From assembly GCF_009914755.1 (NCBI RefSeq), contig NC_060947.1: 64,000 bases of DNA, one strand, 5' to 3'. The notes beneath the pieces are model-generated. The model saw only the letters and a list, made by a program, of their open reading frames with translations. It was not told the DNA's origin and searched no databases. Below, piece after piece: positions 27,061 through 40,573 of this stretch. This DNA is from the human T2T-CHM13v2.0 reference genome, Homo sapiens. The first letter of the stretch is position 1; every line of letters begins with the position of its first letter. The position numbers and the translations under genes were made by a program.

Positions 27061-28489
27061 TGGCTGCATACACAATTATTGCATGGTGTTTTAGAATCAC
27101 TTATTTCATTTAGTTAGTCTTGTGTAACCAGGCCAGATTCAATCTTCCTTTACAGTATATCCTTACTTAGGAACCTTGGTCTGTGTTCACAAACTGGCTT
27201 TGGTTCAGGCAAACCAAACTACAGCCCACCACCTGGGGTCTGAGTCCTTTAAAATGCCTGTATCTACCTCAACCCATCCTGTTCCATGTACCAAAGACTA
27301 AAAATGTATATCTCTATCCTGGACCTCTCTCTTGAATGTCAGATATCTAGCTCTAGCTGCCTACTTGATATCTTCATTTGCTATATATTTCTTGAGATAA
27401 CAAAAGCTAACTCTTTACTTCTACCAACCTGTGAATCTGCTTCTACTCTGTACTCCTCCACCATGCACCCTCTATATCAGTAAACACCACCAGCTAACCT
27501 TTGTTGGTTGTATGTATTGGAGGTATCCTCTTCCAAGTTATGGTTTTTTAACTTTGTTCATGGTGCTTCTTCCTCACATTTTGCAATCCTAAGTTCTATT
27601 TTAAAAAATTTCTCTAGATTCTGGATGGTTTTTCAGTTCTACCTCTCAGTTCACTTCACTAATTCTCAATCCCTATCTTATCTATTTTGGTGCATATCTT
27701 GTACATGGAGGTTTGAGATTTAATTGGCAGTATTTTTCCTTTAAAATATGTAATTAGATTCTGTGACTTCTCAGTCAGAAAGGGTTGTTTATTCAGGGAA
27801 ATCTGTCTTGCCCTGGATTGTAAAAGTGCCTCTTATAAGGGGTTCTAGGCTTGTTTTTCTGGGTCCCTCATATGACAGTACTCCTGATCAGTGTTAGTAA
27901 TGTCTTGGCTTGTGGATCCAATGCTATATAATGAGCTCATTTTGATCCTCACACTTACGAAGCACAATATAGAAAGGAGCACAGAAACATATGTACTTGG
28001 TAAGAAAAATAGGAAGATGAATCTCCTGCAATAGCTGAGAAAAATAAGGTCTTTGTGAATGGAATCTTAGAATATTGAAGCTGAAATTATATTTGGAAAT
28101 CAGTTTCTTTTACAGAAAAAAACCCTTAGGTTAAAAGAATTGAGGGGACATTTTCAAGTTAACATGCACGAAATTTATAGATCTCAAGAAAATGGGAAGG
28201 TTGTCAAGTATTCTATAAAAACCCAGGTCTTTCAAGCCTATTTTAATGCTATTTCCATTACATAATTCTCCTTAAAAATGCTGGTCCCACGCAAGGAGTT
28301 GCTACCTTTTCTGCAAGCTTTCTTTTTACAAGATACATGTAGATATCTGCTAAACAATATTGCCTGGCACATATACAGCTAGGTGAACTTTATGCTTGAG
28401 AAGATTTTGGAGAAAAATGAATCAAATAATGAATCACTTAAAAAAGGAGTCAAGAAAAAGAAGTACAGTTACCTGCTTTGGTAGACCCT

Positions 28490-28915
28490 AGGCTTGGTAA
28501 CTTGTATTGGAAGAAATATTACTTTATTTGGAAAAATTATTTTCACTGTGATTAAGGATATTATCCTGTATTATGTAGGTGTGTCCTAAAATGCAATCAC
28601 ATGTGTCCTAGTTACAGAGGCAGAGGGAGATTTGTCCCAGAGAGAAAAGCAAAAGGCAATGTAACCATGGACACAGAGAATGGAGCGGTAACCACAACCC
28701 AAGAAACACTGGAGGCCATAAGAAGCTGGAAGAAACAAGAAACATATTCTTTTTTAGAGCTTCTGGAGAAAGTACAGCCCTGCTGACATCTTAATTTGTG
28801 CTCACTAAGAATGATTTCATACTTCTGGTCTCTAGAACATTGAGAATATAAATTTCTTTGATTTAAGCCACTAATTTTGTGGTTATTTGTTACAGCATCT
28901 CTAGGAAACTAATCA
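28490..28915 (+). mobile_element. MLT1C/D LTR
   Basis: atgcaatcacatgtgtcct; agaagctggaagaaacaag; ends gttacagcatctctaggaaactaatca. Confidence 0.8.
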
Positions 28916-29309
28916 CCTGCACATACCTATTAATGTAAAGTAAGAAGCAATAAACCCAGTGGCCTGTCTTCATTTTTCAGAAATCAAAATTACAGGTAAG
29001 CATTATTTTCAGTTCCATCCTGAGCATATTTTTAAATGATTCTTGCTGAACTTTACATCTTTTTTCCAAAGCTGCTATACAAAGTACCATCTGATTGTAG
29101 AGAACTGAATACTATGTGACCATGAGTCTACAGTTATCAATTCATGGAAGAAGCCAAATCTGCATCAGTCCAGGCAACTGCATGTGGGGCCTTGTCTTTG
29201 TGAAAATGGGCAAGGGTCACTTTGTGCATGTTTTCCAAGATGCCAACATTAGTCCCCTCAGAATTATCTTGTGCTGTGTTTTTCACTGTTAGCTAATCCT
29301 AGTATAAGA

Positions 29310-29790
29310 ATTAGTATGCTCTCAGTTACAAGTAACAGAAAATTCAACTCAGAATGACTCAACCAACAAAGATGTCATCTCTTACAGCACGTTGTCTAGG
29401 AAGAAAGTTCTTTCCATTGTTTTGCTTTGCCATACTCACAACGGGGACCTTTTCTCAGGTTATTTTTCCCTATGCTTATATGATGGCTGCTGTAAAGCCA
29501 AGCATCACATGTAAACTCAACAATTTCCTGCAGAACGGCTTTCCCTGTATGTGTTTATTTTTAGGAGCAAGGAAGATTTCCTCTGAAAGTCCCTAGCTGA
29601 GCTTCCCTCATGTCTCATTAACCATAAATGGGTTTCACACCTACCCCCAAGTCATAAATTGATGGTTTTTTCACTAATCAGGAATTATCCCGTAGCTAGA
29701 GATAAGATTCCCTTTCATGAGGGAAAATAACTGAGGAAAAGTTGGGCTTTACTAACACAAATGAAGGCAGGTAGGACTGTTGGATAGACA
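29310..29790 (-). mobile_element. Old MLT1 (J-L) LTR
   Basis: tcagttacaagtaacagaaaattcaactc; ttccctcatgtctcatt. Confidence 0.55.
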
Positions 29791-29965
29791 ATCAAAATTT
29801 CAAGTGAACTACAAATAAAACAGTATACTTACTTTTCCATGAAATTTGATAATTCAATTTAGTCTTAGTATGAGATTAGCACAATGTGACTCAAAGCAAC
29901 CTACATAAAAAAGACATTTTTAAGTTGATATGTCATTAAAAACCAGAGCTGTGATATAACATCCC

Positions 29966-30403
29966 TGCTATAGTTTAAATATTTGATTCCTCCAAACCTC
30001 TTGTCGAAATTTGATCCCCAATGTTGGAGATGTGGCCTAATGGGAGATGTTTGGGACATAGAAGCAGATCTCTCATGAATAGATGAATGCTCTGCCTGGA
30101 CTGGAGGTGACTGAGTTCTTGCTCTATTTGTTTCTGTGAGAGCCGAACAAACAAACAAAAAAGCCTGGTACGATCTCTGCTGTGTCTTGCTTCCTCTCTT
30201 ACCATGTGATCTCTGCAAAAGCTGGCTCTCTTTCCTCTTCTGCCATGAGTGGAAGTAGCCTGAAGTCCTCACATGAAGCCAAACAGATGCCAGCACCATG
30301 CTTCAGGAGCAGCCTGCTGAACTTTAAGTGAAATAAACCTCTTCTTAAAATAAATTACCCACCCTCAGATATTCCTTTATAGCAACACAAATAAACTAAG
30401 ACA
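29966..30403 (+). mobile_element. MSTB solo LTR
   Basis: tgctatagttt...gaaatttgatccccaatgttgg...actaagaca; TSD ATCCC on both sides. Confidence 0.92.
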
Positions 30404-31002
30404 ATCCCAACATAAATATTCTAAAACCTAAGGTAGTCAATCCATGATGCATGGTGAAGGAGTAGAGGGTAGAAACAGACTCATGGGTTGATAGAAATAA
30501 AGAGTTTTCTTTTGCTATCTTAAGAAATTTGAGATACCTGTTATAGATATGAGATGGATATATCAAGTAGGCAGTTAGAACTAGGTATCTGACACTCAGT
30601 AGAGAGGTCCAGGCTAGAGATACACATTTACAATCTTTGGCACATGGAACAGGATTGGTTAAGATACTACAGACATTTCTAAAGGTGGTAGGTTGTAGTT
30701 AGGTTTGTCTGAACCACATCCAGGCATAACCACAAAGCCAGGTTTCTAAGTGAGAATTTATGATGAAGGAGGATTGAGTCTGGCCTGGTTATACAAGACT
30801 AAACAAAAGAAAATAGTTGTTCTATTTAAAGCACTATGAAATAATTATGTATATAGCCAATGTTTACAGAGTGTCTACAATTTACCAGGCTCAGTGTTAA
30901 GCCTTAAGTATATATGAACTTATTATGTCTTTATGATGACCCTATGGTTAAAGTTTAATTATTATCCAAATTTTACAATTGACACACTAAAATTTAGAGT
31001 TA

Positions 31003-31365
31003 TGTATTAGTTTATTTCCATGCTACTGATGAAGACATACCTGAGACAGGGTAATTTATAAATAAAAAGAGGTTTAATGTACTCACAGTTATACATGGCT
31101 GGGGAGGCCTCACAATCATGGCAGAAGGTGGAAGGCACATCTTAACATGGTGGCAGACAAGACACAATGAAAGCCTAGTGAAAGAGGAAACCTTTTATAA
31201 AATCATCAGATCTTGTGAGACTTATTCACTACCATGAGAACAGTATAGGGGAAACTGCCCCCATGTTTCAATTGTCTTCCACCGGGTCCCTCCTGCAACA
31301 TGTGGTAATTTTGGGAGCTACAATTCAAGATGAGATTTGGGTAGGGACACAGCCAAACCATATCA
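31003..31365 (-). mobile_element. THE1B solo LTR inserted in a MIR
   Basis: tgtattag...gggagctacaattcaagatgagatttggg...aaccatatca. Confidence 0.92.
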
Positions 31366-31682
31366 AGCTGTCAATACATTGCCTAAATGTAAGCAAAGTT
31401 TAGAAAAATAAAGAAGCAGGGTTAGGTCCTGATGTCAGAGCTGCTCTGGTTTTCTGAGAATGCCCAGAAAATACATGGGAATGCAAACTGAATTCAACAG
31501 TATATTAGAAATATTGATCATGACAAAATAGGAGTTTTTTTTCTGGGATGCAAGGATGGTTCAACATACGCAAATCATACAATGTGATACACCATATCAA
31601 CAGAATGAAGGATAAAAACCATATGAACATTTCAATTAATACTAACAAAGTATTTGTAAAACTTTAACATCACTTCATGATA

Positions 31683-31686
<4 letters not shown>

Positions 31687-31734
<48 letters not shown>
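31687..31734. repeat. (CA)24 microsatellite
   Basis: Perfect CA run inside the L1. Confidence 0.98.
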
Positions 31735-31738
<4 letters not shown>

Positions 31739-32310
31739 GGGTATAAAAGGAACATACCTAAACATAATAAAAACTATATGTGACAAACACACAGGTAGTA
31801 TCCTACTGAATAGAGAAAAACTGAAAGCCTTTCCTCTAAGATCTGGAACATGACAGGGATGTCCACTGCCATCACTGTTATTCAACATAGTACTGGAAAC
31901 CCTAGCTACAGCAATCAGTCAAGGGAAAGATATAAAGGATATCTAAATTAGAAAGGAAGCATTCAAATTATCCTTGTTTGTAGATTATATGATTTTATGT
32001 TTGAAAAAACATTTATACTTTACAAGAAAACAATTAGAACTGATAAACAGATTCAGTAAGGTTACAGTATATAAAATCAATATACAAAATCCAGTAGCAC
32101 TTCTACATTCCAACAGTGAGCAATGTGAAAAGGAAATTTAAAAAGTAATCCCATTTACAATAGCTACAGATAAAATACATACCTAGGAATTAACTTAACC
32201 TAAGAAATGAAATATTTCTATAATGAAAACTATAAAATGCTGATGAAAGAAATTGAAAAGAATACAAAAAGTTGGAAAGATATTCCATGTTCATAGATGG
32301 GAAAAATCAA

Positions 32311-32660
<350 letters not shown>

Positions 32661-34519
32661 CTACAGATTCAATGTAATTCCTAACAATATACCAATGACA
32701 GTCTTCATAGAAATAAAATAAAACAATCTTAAAACTTCTTTGGAACCAAAGAAGACCCAGAATAGCCAAAGCTATCCTAAGCAAAGTGAACAAAACTGGA
32801 GGAATCACATTGCCTGACTTCAAATACTATTATAGTTATAGTTATCAAAAGAGCATGGTACTGGCATACAAACAGACATGTAGAGCAATGGAACAGAATA
32901 GAGAACCAAGAAACAAACCATACATCTACAGTGAACTCAGGTTCAACAAAGTTGCCAAGAATATACACTGGGGAAAAGACAGTGTCTTCAATAAATGCTG
33001 CTGGGAAAACTGGATATCCAAATATAAAAGAATAAAACTGGGCCTCTACATTTTGCTGTATACAAAAAATCAAATCAAAATGGATTAAAGACTAAAACTA
33101 AGACCTCAAACTAGGAAACTACTACAAGGATACATTGTTGAAAGTCTCCAGGACATTGGTCTGGGCAATGATTTATTCAGTAATGCCCCACAAGCACAGG
33201 CAAGCAATGCAAAAATGGACAAATGGGATCACATCAAGTTAAAAAGCTTCTGCACAGCAAAGGATACATTCAACAAAGTGAGGAGACAACCCACAGAATG
33301 GGCAAGAATACTTGCAAATTATCCATCTGACAAGGGATTAATAACCAGAATATATAAGGAGCCCAAACAACTCTATAGGAAAAAATCTAATAATCTGATT
33401 AAAATATGAGAAAAATATTGGAATGGACAATTTCTCAAAAGAAGAAAAGCAAATGGCACACAAGTATATAATAACGTGCTGAACACAAGTATATAATAAG
33501 GTGCTCAACATCATTGATCATCAGAGAAATGCAAATAAAAACTACAATGAGATGTTATCACATCTCATTTAAAATAGCTTATATCCAAAAAACAGGCAAT
33601 AGCAAATGCTGGTGAGGTTGTGGATAAAAGGGAACCCTCTTTCATGTTCGTGTACATGAAGCCAGCTTCATGTACACTGTTGATGGGAACGGAAATTAGT
33701 ACAACCAATATGGAGAACAGTTTGAAGTTTCCTCAAAAAACTAAAAATTGAGCTACCATATGATCCAGCAATCCCACTGCTGAGTATATAACCGAAACAA
33801 AGGAAATCAATATATAGAAGAGATATCTGCACTCCTGTGTTTGTTGCTGTACTGTTAATAACAGCTAAGATTTGGAAGCAACCTAAGTGTCCATTAACAG
33901 ATGAAGGGATAAAGAAAATACAGTACACATACATAATAGAGTATTATTTAGCCATAAAAGAATGTGATGCTGTCATTTGCAACAACATAGATGGAACTGG
34001 AGATCATTATGTTAATTGAAATAAGTCAGGTATAGAAAGACAAACATCACATGTTTTCACTTATTTGTGGGTTCTAGAAATCAAAACAATTGAACTCATG
34101 GGCATAGAGAGTAGAAGGATGGTGATCAAAGGCTGGGAAGCATAGTGGGGGCCTCGGGAAGAGGTGGGGATAGTTATTGGGTACAAAAAAATGTTTAAAA
34201 GAATGAAGAAGACCTACTATTGATTGCACAACAGGGTTACTATGGTCAATAACTGAATTATCCCTTTTAAAATAACTCAGAGAGTGTAATGGGATTGTTT
34301 GTGACACAAAGGATAAATGCTTGAGGTGATGGATACCATACCGTTTTCCATGATACAATTATTTCAAATTGCATGCCTGTATCAAAACATCTTATGCATC
34401 CCATAAATACATACACTTAATATGTGACTACAGAAATTAAAAATTAAAAACATAATAAAAAGTAATAAAAAACCACTTCTTATCATCACTCTTCTAAGGG
34501 GCAAATAAAATACTCAAAT

Positions 34520-34990
34520 GTAAGGCTAGCAAGACATTTTCAATAAGATAACTGTCCCTGGTAAAGAAAGAGCATAAAGATGACCTTTGGAAAGACTACT
34601 GAAATGGTAGGGAGAGGGCATTTTAGATAGAGGGAACAACAGGTGTATATCAAAGCATAGAACATATAAGTCAGCATAGTGCAGTGTGTTTACCAAGCCA
34701 CAAGTAGTTCAGTGTGGATGGAGTATTTTGTGTGGAGAAAGAGCAATGTGAGGTGGGAGATGTGTTGAAAAATGAAGTAAGAGTGAGTATCAGGGGTCAT
34801 ATAATACCAAAAAGGTTCCTATAAATTATGTAAAGAGTTTGGACATTTAATATAACCCCAGAGTTCCACTGAAGGGTTTATACATGGGGGAGAAAGTATC
34901 AGCAATGATCAAATGAACATGGTGGTTCATTTAAAGATTGATTTTAAAACGTGGTATTAAGAGATCAGGAAGACCATTTAGGCTGAGTTC
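34520..34990 (-). mobile_element. L2 fragment
   Basis: agtagttcagtgtggatggagta; aagagtttggacattta; ccactgaagggtttta. Confidence 0.6.
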
Positions 34991-34992
34991 TA

Positions 34993-35857
34993 TGACACAC
35001 TTTCACCATGGCAGGTAATTGCCAGGAGTATAGGAAAGAGCTCAACTGTGCACACCTTGGTATGGACAGTGAATGTCCTATGACAATGACTGTGCCATGG
35101 CTCACTGACTGCCAAGTACAACTGTTTGACTAGAGAGATAGCCAGAAATGCACAAGCAAGGGAGCCACTGAGGAAATAAGTCCTGGAGACGCTGCCCACT
35201 GACAGTCAGCAAATAGACGATGGCTACACTGGCTACTTCTGGCCTTGTTGTTGGACCTAAAGGGGACCTATTGGGCCCTAACTGGAGATTACCATGGTAG
35301 GGAATTTCCCCACTGATGAGCATGTGCACTCCTCCAATAACTCGCCCCGGAGTAGCCTTTTGCTCATTATAATAGTAAAAAAACACACCTCTAGGTGGAG
35401 ATTTTAAATGCTAATGAGACATGCAGCATGTGTACTAGCATGTAGAACCACAGAGCATGTGTACCCAAGGGGACCACCTAAAAGATGACTGCAAGTAACC
35501 TCCCATCATGCCCCTCCATGAATAATCATGTAAAATTATCATATGGAGAGTCCCTCATCACTAGCTGCTGCTGGCTTGTTCTCTTTTTGGAGCAGCCCAC
35601 TCTGACTCATCTTCCAGAGTGTATGGTCTTTTTAAATAAACAATGCTACTGCTATTTTTCCAGCCAAACCAACCCAGAACTGTTTTCCAGCTGGAGCAGC
35701 CTGGTGCTGTTTTTTGTATCAGCCTGCTCCTCCCTTGGAACATACTTTATCGTCCTTCAATGAACTCTGCTACTTAACTCTTGCTGTGCGTCTCTTGGAT
35801 GAATTTTTTTTTTCCAATAAGACAAGAACCTAGGACTCTGCAACCCTGCCAGAAACA
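34993..35857 (+). mobile_element. ERV1-class solo LTR (~865 bp, family uncertain)
   Basis: TG...CA ends; gctcattataatagtaaaaaaacac; AATAAA; typical U5 tgaatttttt...gacaagaacc. Confidence 0.75.
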
Positions 35858-37494
35858 CAATAAATGACCACGTACTATAGTACAAATGAATAAACAAGGA
35901 AGGCAGGGGGAAATAAGGTTTCAGACCATCAAATTTTGGAAAACATAGAAAAAAAGTTATCTTGGAAAGTTAGGATCCATTGAATCTTCTGGTCAGAATC
36001 AATTTGCCCTAGTACATGTAAATTTTCACTTGGGACATCAAAGGTGTAGGAATAAAAACTTAAAATCCAATGTATACAGGTTAGAAAATGTTGGCTCCAG
36101 ACACGCTACTGGAGATCATTCAGTCCATCATGTCTTTATAAAAATTTGAAAACTCAGGTTTATAAAGGCAAATTGATTTGTCTAGTGTCACATAGTTAGC
36201 TAGTTGCAGATGTGAAAGTAGCAATTTAGGTCTCCTGATGTATAGTTCGATGTACAGCTTGGTATTTTGTTGACCTCATGTTGAAATATTGAAAGACAGA
36301 GAATATGATAAATGTCCTCATAAATACTCTACGTCACTGCTTCTTTTAATATGGCAGGCAATCTTATTTTGAATTTAGTTTCCTCATTTTTCTTTAACAT
36401 ATGTGCAGATGTCTGAGTTCCCATTTATATGGTGGTAGAAGGAGTAGAATATGAAGTTAGAGAAGAGTCCAGAAACTGGATGCTCCATAACAACCTATTA
36501 GAAAGCTGAAAAGCTTATCTTCATCAGACACAATTACAGCCTCTAATTCAGCTCACTACTTATTGAATTCAAATCTTGGAAACTGCCTTAATATGCAATA
36601 GTTCATGTCACTGATAGGTTTTGGAGTAGATTTTATTAGCTGCAAACAAGGAATTATCTAAATATGATTTGTCCTTTTCCTAGGTGGTACCCTGGGGTAA
36701 AATTTCCAGCTTCTATAAAGCATTGCTATCATTTTGTGGCAGTTAATGCCACAAACAAAAATAGACAAGCAGAAATTTTTCCATAAAATGATCAGTCCTT
36801 TGGACTATTCATGATATAAGTTGACTGCAGAATCCCTAGAGGAAAAGTGACCCTGGAGAAAAATTACACAGCAAAAACAATCATTTTGATCAACAATTGA
36901 AAACATTTTTGTCAATTAAAAATATGCTTTCACTCCTGACTCCTATGTGACGAAATTCTTTATGTCCTTGCATATGTTAACCACTCAGGGGCAACAGCCT
37001 TTAGCTGAAATTCCCCATGTATTTCCTATGATGGGCTACTTCTTAGAGCAACTCTTTTTCTCTCCTCCTTTTACTTCCTGTATTCCTCTTTACCTCGTCC
37101 AGGGCTGTGGTAGGACAGGACTGTGGTGGAAGAATTGATTATGAAAAGGAGAATGTAATCAATTGCTGCAAATTCCACTTTCTAGTTCGAAATCAGATTT
37201 AATCTCAACTCTAAATCTTTACTACACTCTCCTTTCCCTCATCTCTTAATCAGCATATACACTAAACTCCAGTCATGCTATTTACCCCAGACCCCAGACT
37301 CCTTTGAAAAAAATCCCCAAATAATCAAGTCCAGATTAAATAATAATGATATTATAAAGATAGTTATGATTTATGAGGAGTCCAGTATGTATTTGGTTCT
37401 ATTAAGAGCTTTCTAATATATTACCTGATGTAATCCTCATAATGATAATCTGAGATAGATACTATCTTTACTTAATTGTTATGATTGATTCATG

Positions 37495-37892
37495 TGTATT
37501 AGTTTCCTGTGCCTGCTATAAAATATCACCACAAACTTGGTGGCTTAAAACAACAAAAATGTATTATCTCACAGTTCTGAAGGCCAGAAATCTGAAATCA
37601 GTATTACTAGAGTGAAATCAAAGTGTTTTCAGGGCCACACTCCCTTAAGAAGAGTTAATGGAAAATTGCTTTCTTGTCTCTTCAGCTTCTGGTGGCTGCC
37701 AGTATTCCTTGGCTTGTGGGCACATTATTCCAATCTTGGCCTTTATGGTGACTTTTCCTTCCCTTCTTCTCTCTGTCATAAAATAGCTCTCTCTTACATA
37801 AGAATGCACGTGGCTACATTTAGGGCCTACCTGGATAATACAGAATGACCTTTCCATCTCAAGATCCTTTGCTTAATCATATCTGCAAAGTC
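37495..37892 (-). mobile_element. MLT1C/D LTR, truncated
   Basis: tgtattagtttcctgtg...acaaacttggtggcttaaaacaac...atctgcaaagtc. Confidence 0.85.
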
Positions 37893-38668
37893 ACAGTTAT
37901 TGAAAGAGAAGCAGGTGGGAGAGTTCCTGGGGTCAACTGAACACTAGAGAAGAGAGGCATAAACTTGGAACTGGATAACTCAAAAAAAGAGGAAGTTTTC
38001 ACCCTCCCCAACCCTTATATGAAAACCTCTATAATTATTTTTATGCCTGCTCCCAGCTTTCACCCTGCTGAAGCCTATACTTTAGGACATGTACAAATGT
38101 CTCAGTAGTTTATATCTAGTGATTTCCTCACATCCACCACTTTGTTACAGAATGATTTTTGTTAGTTACTGTTATAGGTTGAATAGTACACCTACCTCCA
38201 AATAATCTGTGTTGAAGTCTTAACTTCCAGTACCTCAAAATGTGACTTTATTTGGAAATAGTTTTATCACAGATGCAATTAGTTAAGACTTTCCTACATC
38301 AGCTACATTTGACCTATTCAATCTCCCACTGGAGATTGAATCTGGAAATATCCAGAATGCTTCAAAATCTCCACTAACAAGTACAATGATGGATAGCCTT
38401 GCATAATGTAGTAGTCCATTTTTACACTGCTAATAAAGACATACCTGAGACTGTGTAACGTATAAAGAATAAGAAGTTTAATGGATGCACAGTTCCACAT
38501 GGCTGGGGAGGCCTCATAACCGTGGTGGAAGGCAAAGGAGGAGCAAAGGCATGTCTTACATGGCAGCAGGCGAGAGAGTTTGTACAGGGGAACTCCCATT
38601 TATAAAACTATCAGATATCATGAGACTTATTCACTACCACAAGAACGATATGGGGGAAAATGCCTCTA

Positions 38669-38679
38669 TGATTCAATTA
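38669..38679 (-). promoter_or_regulatory. DUX4 consensus motif in THE1C 3' LTR
   Basis: TGATTCAATTA is the reverse complement of TAATTGAATCA. Confidence 0.5.
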
Positions 38680-40562
38680 TCTCCACCTGGCTCCACCCTT
38701 CACACATGGGGATTATTACAATTCAAGGTGAGATGTGGGTGGGGACACAGACAAACCATTTCATTCCACCCCGGCCACTCCCAAATCTCATGCCCTCACA
38801 TTTCAAAACCAAGCATGCCTTCCCAACAGTCCCCCAAAGTCTTAACTCATTTCTGCATTAACTCAAAAGTCTACAGTCCAAAGTTTTACCCAAGACAAGG
38901 CAAGTCCCTTCTGCCTATGAGCCTGTAAAATCAAAAGCAAGTTAGTTACTTCCTACATACAATGGGGGTATAGGCATTGGGTAAATTCACCCATTCCAAA
39001 TGGGAGAAAATGGCAAAAACAAAGGGGGTACAGGCCCCATGCAAGTCCAAAATCCAGCAGGGCAGTCAAATCTTAAATCCCAGAAATGATCTCCTTTGAC
39101 TCCATGTCTCATATCCAGATCATGGTGTTGCAAGAAGTCGGCTCCCATGGCTTTGAGCAGCTCTGCTCTTGTGGCTTTGCAGGTTACAGTCTGCCTCCTG
39201 GCTGCTTTCACGGGCTTATGTACAGCATCTATGACTTTTCTAGGTGCATGGTACAAGCTGTTGGTGGATCTACCATTCTGAGGTCTGGAGGATGGTGGCC
39301 CTCTTCCCACAGTTCCACTAGGCAGTTCTTCGGTGAAGACTCTGTGTGGGGGCTCCAACCCCACATTTCCCTTCCTCACTGCCCTACCAGTGGTTCTCCA
39401 TGAGGGTTCCACCCCTGCAGCAGACTTCTGCCTGGACATTGAGGAGTTTTCATACATCCTCTGCAATCTAAGCAGAGGTTCCCAAACCTCAATTCTTGAT
39501 TTCTGCACACCCCAGGCCCAACACCACAAGGAATCTGCGAAGGCGTGGGGCTTGCACCCTCTGAAGCAATGGCCTGAGCTGTATGTTGGCCTCTTTTAGC
39601 CACAGCTAGAGCAGCTTAGATGCAGGGCACCAAGTCCCAAGGCTGCATACAGCTAGCGGGGGCCCTGGGCCCAATCCGGAAAACCATTTTTCCCTCTTAG
39701 GCCTTTGGGCCTGTGATGGCAGAGGCTGCCATGAAAGTCTTGGACATGCTCTGGAAAAATGTTCCCCCTTGTCTTGGTGATTAATATTCATCTCCTTGTT
39801 ACTTTTGCAGATTTCTGCAGCTGGCTTGATTTTCTCCTCAGAAAATGGGTTTTTCTTTCTATCTCATCCTCAGGCTGCAAATTTTTCAAACTTTTATGCT
39901 CTGCTTCCTCTTGAATGCTTTACTGCTTAGAAATTTCTTCCCCCAGATACCCTAAATCATCTCAAGTTCAAAGTTCCACAGATCTCTAGGGCAGGGGCAA
40001 AATGTCACCAGTCTCTTTGTACAGCAAGAGTAATCTTTACTCCAGTTACCAACAAGTTCCTCATCTCCATCTCAGACCAACTCAGCCTCAACTCAATATG
40101 GACTTCATTGTCCATATTACTATCAGCATTTTGGTCAAAACCATTCAACAATTCTCTAGGAAGTTCCAAACTTTCCCATATCTTCCTGTCTTCTAAGCCA
40201 TCTAAACTGTTCCAACCTCTGCCTGTTACCCAGTTCCAAAGTCACTTTCCCATTTTCTGGTATCTTTACAACAGCACCCCACTACTCTTTAGCAATTTAT
40301 TGTATTAGTCCATTCTCATACTGCTAATAAAGACATACCCAAGACTGGGTAATTTATAAAGAAAAAGAGGCTTAATGGACTCACAGTTCCACATGGCTGT
40401 AGAGGCCTCACAATCATGGTGGAAGGCACAGGAGGAGCAAAGGCACATCTTACATGGCGGCAGGAAAAAGCGCTTGTGCAGGCAAACTCCCATTTATAAA
40501 ACCATCAGATCTTGTGAGAATTGTTCACTACCATGAGAACAGTATGAGGGAAACCACCCCCA

Positions 40563-40573
40563 TGATTCAATTA
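40563..40573 (-). promoter_or_regulatory. DUX4 consensus motif in THE1C 5' LTR
   Basis: TGATTCAATTA. Confidence 0.5.
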
